DNA of 64,000 nt from NCBI RefSeq assembly GCF_006345805.1, contig NC_043006.1:22320001-22384000 (forward strand). The letters are read 5' to 3'. Source of the stretch: Octopus sinensis (lineage: Eukaryota). Below, one piece after another: positions 54,342-64,000 of the stretch (position 1 is the stretch's first letter; every line of letters begins with the position of its first letter). The position numbers were made by a program, and so were the translations under genes. The notes below the pieces were generated by a model that did not search any database, was not told where the DNA came from, and saw only the letters and a list, made by a program, of their open reading frames with translations.

Positions 54342-54956
54342 TGTGTGTTTGTATGTGTATGTGTTTGTGTGTGTGTTTGTGTGTGTGTGTGTTTGTATGT
54401 GTTTGTGTGAGTGTTTGTGTGGTGTGTGTGTGTGTGTGTGTGTGTTTGTATGTGTATGTGTTTGCGTGTGCGTGTGCGTGTATGTGTGTATGTGTGTTTG
54501 TATGTGTGTGTTTGTGTGTGTGTGAGTGTTTGTGTGTGTTTGTGTGTGTGTGTTTGTATGTGTATGTGTTTGTGTGTGCGTGTGCGTGTATGTGTGTATG
54601 TGTGTGTGTGTGTATGTGTTTGTGTGTGTGTGCGTGTTTGTGTGTGTTGTGTGTGTGTGTGTGTGTGTTTGTATGTGTGTGTGTGTTGTGTGTGTGTGTG
54701 AGTGTTGTGTGTGTGTGTGTGTGTTTGATGTGTATGTTTGTGTGTGTGTGAGTGTTTGTGTGTGTGTGTGAGTGTTTGTGTGTGTTTGTGTGTGTGTTTG
54801 TATGTGTGTGTGTGAGTGTTTGTGTGTGTTTGTGTGTGTGTGTGTGTGTTTGTGTGTGTTTGTGTACATGTGTGTTTGTGTGTGAGTATGTGTGCTTGTG
54901 TGTGTTTGTGTGTGTTTGTGTGTGAGTGCATGTGTGAATGTGTGTATTCATGTGTA

Positions 54957-54990
<34 letters not shown>
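54290..54990. repeat. Degenerate (TG)n tract, ~700 bp
   Basis: Directly visible. Confidence 0.95.
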
Positions 54991-54991
<1 letters not shown>

Positions 54992-55722
54992 GTGTTGGTC
55001 TTATAGAAGAGAGGTGAATGAAGAAGAAAAGGGTGGAAGCTTTTCAGCCGGAAATGTGATGATGATGATGATGATGAGATGATGATGACGGCGGTGAGTT
55101 GCAGAAAAGGAATTGATAGATAGAAAAGAGAATGGGGAACTTAGTTGCAGTAAAATGAGTAGGTGGCCATGATAATGACAGCGGTGGTGGTGGTGGTGGT
55201 GATGATGAGGAAGAAGAAGAGGAGAATATTGATGATGATGATGAGTGGCTGTGTGATAAGTAGCTTGCTAACCAACCACATGGTTGCGGGTTCAGTCCCA
55301 CTGCGGGGCATCTTGGGCAAGTGTCTTCTGCTATAGCCCCGGGCCGACCAATGCCTTGTGAGTGGATTTGGTAGACGGAAACTGAAAGAATATATATGTA
55401 TATATACATATATATATGTGTGTGTGTATGATTGTGTTTGTCCCCTAGCATTGCTTGACAACAGATGCTGGTGTGTTTACATCCCCGTCACTTAGCGGTT
55501 CGGCAAAAGAGACCGATAGAATAAGTACTGGGCTTACAAAGAATAAGTCCCGGGGTCGATTTGCTCGACTAAAGGCGGTGCTCCAGCATGGCCGCAGTCA
55601 AATGACTGAAACAAGTAAAAGAGTAAAAGAGTATGATAATAATGATGGTGATAATAATGGTAATGATAACGGTGGCAGTATTGATGATGATAATGATGTT
55701 GATGATGATGATGATGATGAGA

Positions 55723-55754
<32 letters not shown>

Positions 55755-56786
55755 AATGCTGACCATGACAGTGATGAAGAAGATAATGCCGATGAGAATG
55801 ATGATAATGAATGATGCTGATGATAGTGATGATGACAATGACGATGGTGATGATGATGACTAAGGCAACAACTATGTCGATGTTGTCAGCTACAAGAGAC
55901 AGCGATCTTGATGATGATGATGATGATGATGATAATGTTTATGAGGATGATTGTCTTGATGTTGACAATAATAGTAGCATCGGAAGGAAATTATGATACC
56001 GATAAGTTTTTTTATTTTTTTATTTCTATTTTTTTTCCTTTCTTTATTTCACTATTCTTCATTCATTTTTTTTTTTTTTTTTTTTGGTCCAGACATAACA
56101 CTGCTTTGATTCAAAAGTGTTGATTCAAAAATTCTTGACGAAAATAGAATCTTATGGAAATATCTTATCTCCCTATCATTTATAGAAATTGAATTAAGAA
56201 ATAATTTTGGTGATTATTTCCAGTCTGCACCTCATTTTACAATAATAGATATATTTTTACTTATCCACTTACACTGGTTGGTTCTATTGAATTCAGAAAC
56301 ACTGGATTAATTTTATTGAATTCTAAAATACTGACTGATTCTATTAAATTCCAAAAGACTTCTAAGACAAGGTTATGACTCTTTAGCAGAGTTCCCAGAA
56401 CAGACAATGACATGGCACCAACTTTGTATTCTACAGTTTTAGACATTATGAATATAAACGCTGACTTTAAGGATGAATATTTCATTTGTGTTGGCAGTGT
56501 CAGATTTATCCTTCAAGAGCCACTTCAGGAAACTTTTGGTATAACTTCAAGAAGTTATATAAAGTAAGGAAGGTCCCTTGTTAGAAAATTACACTCTAAG
56601 GTCTCAAAAACATTGAAAATATTGTTTAAAAGTTATTTTGAGGCCTTTTTTCCTACCCATCTCTTTTGCTGAGACATTAAGTTATGGGGATTTAAACAAA
56701 CCCAAACTGGTTGCCAATTGGTGGGAGAAACAAATACAAGTACGTACACATACATATATGTGCGCATGCACACACGCACACACACA

Positions 56787-56830
<44 letters not shown>

Positions 56831-56849
56831 TGCACACACATACGATTTA

Positions 56850-57330
56850 TTATCACCGTCATTTAACGTTTGTTGTCAATGCTGGCATGGGCTGGAGAGT
56901 TTGACTAGAGGTGGCCAGCTGGAGAGCTGCACTAGGTTCCTGTCTGGTTCGCCATGGTTTCTATGGCTGGATGCCCTTCCTAACACCAACCATTCTACAG
57001 AGTGTGCTGGGTGCTTTTACGTGGCACCACACAAGTGCTATTACATGAGTGCTTTTTACATGGCACCGGCACAAGACTCTTGCAGGCCAATCCTCTTCAC
57101 CAGTGGGGAGCATCCTTAGTGCACCTGCTGTGGAGTATGGGTTTTCTTGAGTACAGCAAGGCACCAGATATCTTGACCCTTTGTCATCTTGTTTGAAAGG
57201 TTCAGCATCCTGAGGTTGTCCTTCAACATTTTGTCCCATGTCTTCTTGGGTTTCCCTCTTCCACATGTTCCATCTACCTTGAGAGATTGACACTTCATTA
57301 TGGACCTGTTGGCATCCATCTGCATCCTGA
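56850..57330 (-). mobile_element. RTE (BovB-like) LINE 3' end and 3'UTR
   Basis: KCQSLKVDGTCGRGKPKKTWDKMLKDNLRML, then the common tail. Confidence 0.8.
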
Positions 57331-58001
57331 AGCTATGATAGAAGACACTTGCCAAAGGTGCCATTCTGTGGAACTGAATCCAAAACCATGTGGATTATAA
57401 GTCTGTAAGGTTCAGCATGTTTAGTTTATAACTAAATCTGGTACTGGGTATAGTCTTAAATTACTCAAGGAATTTCAGATCTGATCCCTTTATAAATATG
57501 TGGTTTGACCCAATGATGTAGACTGAGTGGTCTGGTTATTTTCTTAGAGTAAAGTAGCCAAATATCTTGAACTGTTATGTTTCCATTTTTTCATTTATAT
57601 AATCATGTAAGATGTGCAGCTGTGGCTGTGTGGTTAAGAAGCTTGTTTCCAAGTCAAGTGGTTCTCAGTTCAATCCCACTGTCTGTCACTTTAGGCAAGT
57701 GTCTTCTACTATAGGCCAGGGCTGATTAAATTCTTGCGAGTAAATTTGATAGACAGAAACTGAAAGAAGCTTGTTGTATATGTGTGTGTGCAGATGTAAT
57801 GTGTGTGTGTATGTGTGCGTAATGTCTGGATAAGTACTTTTTTAAAATCAATCTTGAAATGGAGTAAAGCAGAGCTGACCTCAGTGGTATTTGGACTCAG
57901 AGAGTATTGGCATTCAGAGCAGATAGCCATGAGTCATTCTATTCAGTGTTTTAACAACTCTGCCAATTCATTGCCATTGCATAGTTAACTACTTTATATC
58001 A

Positions 58002-58340
58002 GTGGAGGCGCAATGGCCCAGTGGTTAGGGCAGCAGACTTGCGGTCATAGGATCGTGGTTTCGATTCCCAGACCGGGCGTTGTGAGTGTTTATTAAGCGA
58101 AAACACCTAAAGCTCCACGAGTCTCCGGCAGGGGATGGTGGTGATCCCTGCTGCACTCTTTCACCACAACTTTCTCTCACTCTTACTTCCTGTTTCTGTT
58201 GTACCTGTATTTCAAAAGGCCGGCCTTGTCACTCTCTGTGTCACGCTGAATATCCCCGAGAACTACGTTAAGGGTACACGTGTCTGTGGAGTGCTCAGCC
58301 ACATACACGTTAACTTCACGAGTAGGCTGTTCCGTTGAGT
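58002..58340 (+). mobile_element. SINE family D (tail type 1)
   Basis: Matches 19789-20152. Confidence 0.88.
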
Positions 58341-58953
58341 GCTTCCATCCACCACTTTATATCACAGATAGAACTGATTAGAGACATCAAACAATAGCAA
58401 GAGAAAACAATATAGTTTTCATACCTTCAAATGCATTTATATGAATGAAAAAATAGAATGACTTATTGGGGAATATGTATAAAACAAGGAAGATTAACTT
58501 GCTACCATCTTTCTTCTTTGGTTATTGTGCACAGTGTATCTCATTATGTAATATATTATATATTTCTCTTCTATTGGCACAGGTGGTAAGAAGTTTACTT
58601 GCCAACTACATGGTTCTGAGCTCAGTCCCACTGCATGGCATCTTGGGCGAGTGTCTTCTACTATGGCCTTGGATTCTGGTTTTTTTTTTTACAATTTGGT
58701 GTGGATTTCTTTGTTTATGACAGCTACTGGTAGTGCCCCAGCGGTGGTGCCCCAGCTACTGGTGGTGCCCCAGCTACTGGTGGTGCCCCAGCTACTGGTG
58801 GTGCCCAGCGGTGGTGCCCCAGCATGGCCGCAGCCATTGGGCTAAAACATTTTTAAGGGTTTAAGGATACTGTTGTGATAACTACAAACAGGTAGTATAA
58901 TACATTACTCACAATCAGGATGGCTGGAAAGAGTCCATCAAATGGAAGTGAAG

Positions 58954-58986
<33 letters not shown>

Positions 58987-59064
58987 CTGGAAGTAGTAGT
59001 AGTGGTAGTAGTAGTAGTAGTGGTAGTGGTGGTGGTGGAAGTAGTAGTAATAGTAGTAGTAGTT

Positions 59065-59127
<63 letters not shown>

Positions 59128-59560
59128 TGAAAAGAAGTCATAAAGGGGTTATGTTGGACATCAAACTTGATATTTTACAAAGGGTTGATGTGGGAGACAA
59201 ACTCAATCATAGAATAAAAACAATAAGCTAGCAACAACTAAAATGGAAATAAATGGAAATAAAAGCAAAAATTAAAGTAATGCATTCACATAGTTACTCT
59301 AAACGTCTAGATATTGATTTCTTCACAGATCTGAAGTAATACTTTAAATGGAATGGTTCTTGAGTAGGAGGATCAACAATCAGACTGATCATAATGTGTT
59401 CATAAACGCAATGACCATTCAAGCAAAAGTCAAAAGTTTGTAGGATAATTTGCAAACAGAATGGAAAGTGTAATTTCTGATGTAAAAACTTTTCAGACCA
59501 ATAAAAACTGGTCTGAAAAGTTTGAGAGACACTTTTTTCTTTTTCTATAAAATAGATATG
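59128..59560 (+). pseudogene. Decayed Tigger/pogo transposase N-terminus (CENP-B HTH)
   Basis: MKRSHKGVMLDIKLDILQRVDVGDK; TIQAKVKSL; F.TNKNWSEKFERH. Confidence 0.7.
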
Positions 59561-59754
59561 ACAGGATAAGCAGCCAGTATTGATGCAGTGTTGATACTAA
59601 TTTCACTGGGAAATGAATCTCAATTAATAAGCATGACAGTCAATACAAAAATAGGCTTTCTTTTGTAGAATTCTGCATTACACCAAAATTCTCTGGAATG
59701 CAGAATTCCATAAGAATGAGATACTTTACCCACCCCCATATATATACATGGTGT

Positions 59755-60640
59755 CCAAATGAATAACTTGTTGCTGCTTCCAACTTGTGAGTAACCAACA
59801 TAGAGTTAGCCACGGGAGAAGCATGCAGTAAAGAGATCAGTCCAACTACCTAGAAGGATTGACCCAGGGATTTATTAATTGAAATACCAAAACATACTTT
59901 GACTGGAAACTGAAGCATCTTAAATTCAAATGGAACATCTGGCTGTGTGGTAAGTAGCTTGTTTACCAACCACATGGTTCTGGGTTCAGTCCCACTGCGT
60001 GGCACCTTGGGCAAGTGTCTTCTGCTATAGCTTCGGGCCGACCAAAGCCTTGTGAGTGGATTTGATAGATGGAAACTGAAAGAAGCCCGTCGTATATATG
60101 TATATATATATATATGCATGTGTGTGTCTGTGTTTGTCCCCCTAGCATTGCTTGACAACCGATGCTGGTGTGTTTATGTCCCCATTACTTAGCAGTTCGG
60201 CAAAAGAGACCGATAGAATAAGTACTGGGCTTGCAAAAGAATAAGTCCTGGGGTCGATTTGCTCGATTAAAGGCAGTGCTCCAGCATGGCCGCAGTCGAA
60301 TGACTGAAACAAATAAAAGAGTAAAAGAGTAAAGAGAGTATCTATAGTTATGAGCGGAAATTTTGGAATAAAGACATTTTCTTCTTTGTGACTATCTGTT
60401 ATGATTGTTGCCTGTAGGACACGGGGCTTCATGGAAGTAACAATTAAGTGAGTTCCGTTACTCAGGCAAGGTGGGTCAAGATTCCTAAGCAACATAATGG
60501 GAGCATCTAGCTTTAGTGTCAAGTTATGCAGTGGCATCCCATGGGTTTAAGCATGTTCTGATATTCAACCTGATCTTGATTGACTGTTCTGTTAATTGAT
60601 GGAAAAATCATTTCTGATATATCTGTTGACTTTTGAAAAA
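59755..60640 (-). pseudogene. Helitron PIF1-like helicase fragment split by SINE A (59940-60340)
   Basis: PLHNLTLKLDAPIMLLRNLDPP.LSNGT.LIV...VFIP..PLI, and after the SINE VPFEFKMLQFPVKVCFGISINKSLGQS. Confidence 0.9.
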
Positions 60641-60794
60641 AGTTATTGGTTGAAGCCAGTATACACACAAACACACACATACATACATTTAATCCAAAAG
60701 CTGAAACAATATATATATGCTACCTAGTGGCATGTATCATGCTTTCAGTAGACAGATAGATTGATAAATGTGTGTGGGTGTGTGTGTGTGTGTG

Positions 60795-61205
60795 TGTGTC
60801 TGTGCAAGTGTGTGCATTCATGTGTGTGTCCGTGCTTGTGTGTGTGTGCAAGTGTGTGCATTCATGTGTGTGTCCGTGCTTGTGTGTGTGTGTGCAAGTG
60901 TGTGCATGCATGTGTGTGTCCGTGCTTGTGTGTGTGTGCAAGTGTGTGCATGCATGTGTGTGTCCGTGCTTGTGTGTGTGTGCAAGTGTGTGCATGCATG
61001 TGTGTGTCCGTGCTTGTGTGTGTGTGTGCAAGTGTGTGCATGCATGTGTGTGTCCGTGCTTGTGTGTGTGTGCAAGTGTGTGCATTCATGTGTGTGTCCG
61101 TGCTTGTGTGTGTGTGCAAGTGTGTGCATGCATGTGTGTGTCCGTGCTTGTGTGTGTGTGTGCAAGTGTGTGCATGCATGTGTGTGTCCGTGCTTGTGTG
61201 TGTGA
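60795..61205. repeat. ~43-47-bp minisatellite built from TG repeats (tgcaagtgtgtgcatgcatgtgtgtgtccgtgcttgtg), ~9 copies
   Basis: Directly visible. Confidence 0.9.
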
Positions 61206-61640
61206 GTGGTTTTGTGTTTGTGTCCCATTTGACCACCAGCGACAACCAATGTTGGTTTGTTTACGTCCCCCATGACTTAGCAGTTTGGCAGAAAGAAATG
61301 GATAGAATAAGTACCAAACTTAAAAAAAGAATATAAGCAATGGGGTCGATTTGTTCAACTAAATCCTTCATGTCAGAGCTGCAGCATGGTCGCAATCCAA
61401 TGGCTGAAATAAGTGAAAAAAAGATTTAGAAAAAAAAATCATTACTTTATTCAGAAGATCTGATTGTGTAGGCCTTGGAACATTAATTAACTTGGAAACA
61501 TTATTGTTTCAAAGCAAATATGAAAATAATTTTGTTTACAATATAATGCGTGTGAAAGGTCAGCTATTCCTGATATATAGATATATTTATATGTATATGA
61601 TAATGATGGTGATGATAATGACAATGATTATATATATGAA

Positions 61641-61717
<77 letters not shown>

Positions 61718-61779
61718 TTATATATATATACACATATTATATATATAATATACAACACATATATGTATATATATATATT

Positions 61780-61961
61780 ATATATAGAGGGCATTATACA
61801 TACATGCCAGAAGGCATTATACATACAAGCCACACGCTAAGAGGGACAATTAGTCATTTCTAACCAAATGACTAATTGGTAGAAATGATTAATTGTCCCT
61901 CTTAGCGTGTGGTTGTATGTATAATGCCTTCTGGCATGTATGTATAATGCCCTCTATATAT
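61780..61961. mobile_element. Palindromic element (~85-bp arms) in (TA)n
   Basis: tatatagagggcattatacatac...gtatgtataatgccctctatata; related single end at 62821-62870. Confidence 0.75.
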
Positions 61962-62087
61962 AAATTAATATGTTCAATAAGAAATAATTATTTTCGAAAT
62001 TTTTTCTCTTATGAGTTTTCACGCTATCTACCTGACAATTTCTTGTTAAGTTTTCCTTATTAAGTAGTTGTCCTTAATTGCTAAATG

Positions 62088-62132
<45 letters not shown>

Positions 62133-62391
62133 TAGATAGATATATAGATATACACATATATATATGTATACACATATATATGTGTGTGTTTGTGTTGTGT
62201 GTGTGCATAGACATTGAATTCAAAAGCCACAGCAATGCAGTTGAGAAAAAAATATTAGTATTTCTGGTAAAATTTTTACATTTTTCTAATTTTTTTTAAA
62301 ACAGAAAAATATTGTTACTAACTGCATTGTCATGGCTTTCTAAATCACCATTTTCTATTCTGCAATGCGGCAAATGAACTACAACAAATAT

Positions 62392-62436
<45 letters not shown>

Positions 62437-62617
62437 GTGAAATAGAAAGATGAATAATCTGTAGTAGATTAAACAAAAGTTTAACCGATACCTTAGTAGC
62501 AAAAATCACAGCAGTAAACAGCACGGTTGGAGGTACAACGATTTCTGTTCAATCTGCGTTCAGCTCCATTTCTTCACATTCACCAATAATGTTTTATATA
62601 TATATATATATATATAG

Positions 62618-62736
<119 letters not shown>

Positions 62737-62742
62737 CATACA

Positions 62743-62774
<32 letters not shown>

Positions 62775-63029
62775 AATATATATATAAATATATATATTAT
62801 ATTATATATAAATATATATATTATATATAGAGGGCATTATTACACATAAATGCTGCACGCTAGGAGGGACTCTTAAAGTCAAAACAACCAAAATAAACAT
62901 ATTGTACAGAATGCAAGTCTCGAAGCAAGTCATTTAAAAACAGAATTTAGCTGCAGATCACCAGTGATTTCGTAATCAACGCAGTGGTTGCGTCCTTTCA
63001 AGTTTGTTTATAAAAATATTATTTATGCA

Positions 63030-63065
<36 letters not shown>

Positions 63066-63583
63066 TAATTAAAGTGTACAGTATTATATATCCATTATGG
63101 TTGATCTTACTAATCAGTTTCATACTAGGAGGTCAACAGAGTGTTAGATAACAGCCTGATTATGTAACCCTATGCTCCTTAGAGGTAGCAGTTATGAAAT
63201 GAAATATGGTGACTGTTCTCTACTGTGGTTTTTGTGAAGAAGACAACAAAATGAACAGAGCAAGATTTAAGTTAAGAGTTATGTCCCTTGGCACCAAAAC
63301 ACTGTCTCTGCTTGGTGTTGCTAGGCAGCGACAAGAGTTTTCTAGAAAAGTGTGTATGGGAAATGTGTTTGTTTTAGGGTTGATGTTCTGGTAGAGTATG
63401 AATGTATGCATTTGTACTATATGTGTAGCATTTTTGGAGGGGGTGGGGATTGTTGGGCTGGTGCCCAAAGGCCACATAAACATCTGTGTGTTTGCTTGAG
63501 TGCTTTTTGTATGTTTTGATTAAATTCTTTGGTTAAACTTTTTGGAGCATTTATGTAGGTATGGGGTGTGTGTTGGGGTAACA

Positions 63584-63815
63584 GGCGGCGAGCTGGCAGA
63601 AACGTTAGCGTGCCGGGAGAAATGCGTAGCCGTATTTCGTCTGCCGTTACGTTCTGAGTTCAAATTCCGCCGAGGTCGACTTTGCCTTTCATCCTTTTGG
63701 GGGTCGATAAATTAAGTACCAGTTACGCACTGGAGTCGATATAATCGACTTAATCCGTTTATCTGTCCTTGTTTGTCCCCTCTGTGTTTAGCCCCTTGTG
63801 GGTAGTGAAGAAATA
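63584..63815 (+). mobile_element. SINE family B, young copy
   Basis: Full head-to-tail match to 31529-31757. Confidence 0.9.
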
Positions 63816-64000
63816 TATATGTGTGGGGTTTATATGGGGGGGGGGGGGTTTGAAAAAGGTTCATTGGGTTAATGTTTGCTCTGTTAGGGCATGTGTGTGT
63901 CTGTGAGTGTGTTTGTGGATGCAGCAACATGTGGAAATAACACATTCCCGTGCCTGACCAGACCTTATCCCTCCACCTAGAATCACCATCCTCACTCTCT

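Noticed and set aside
56272-56565. Upstream SAT-like exon (minus, strong gtaagt donor) or plus-strand exon (VPRTDNDMAPTL...)
   Set aside because: No similarity to the SAT N-terminus, and the minus-strand phase does not join exon 47425.
62491-62580. Possible 5'UTR exon of the SAT-like gene (AAG|gtatcg donor)
   Set aside because: Only a donor site supports it; cannot be confirmed without transcript data.

Overview
Eukaryotic, AT-rich DNA full of microsatellites and transposons; the SINE/LINE/microsatellite make-up is typical of an Octopus genome (inference). The only host gene I can support is a minus-strand GNAT acetyltransferase of the spermidine/spermine N1-acetyltransferase (SAT1/SAT2) family. 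Two exons are visible (47425-47277 and terminal 11756-11595), joined in phase 0 across a 35,520-bp intron. They align without gaps to human SAT1 residues ~69-168 (SAT1 sequence recalled from memory) but have E92R, D93Y, W132S, N133D and Y140S. Nearly all ORFs in the supplied track are microsatellite or transposon artefacts. The rest of the window is tRNA-derived SINEs (at least 4 families), RTE, CR1/L2 and Dong/R4 LINE ends, mariner, Tigger and Helitron fossils, hAT, piggyBac and Tc1-type MITEs, a Helentron-type HINE, a probable solo LTR, minisatellites and a ~1.05-kb tandem duplication. The most striking non-standard signal is a set of minimal type-I hammerhead-ribozyme motifs in Penelope/retrozyme-like short elements within the SAT-like intron. 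These include a 353-bp retrozyme-like monomer with tandem and inverted ends (45256-45805), a near-perfect 346-bp palindrome carrying a hammerhead motif on each strand (45824-46169), and a tRNA-headed SINE with a hammerhead tail (35960-36244). Coordinates were read by eye; repeat boundaries are approximate.
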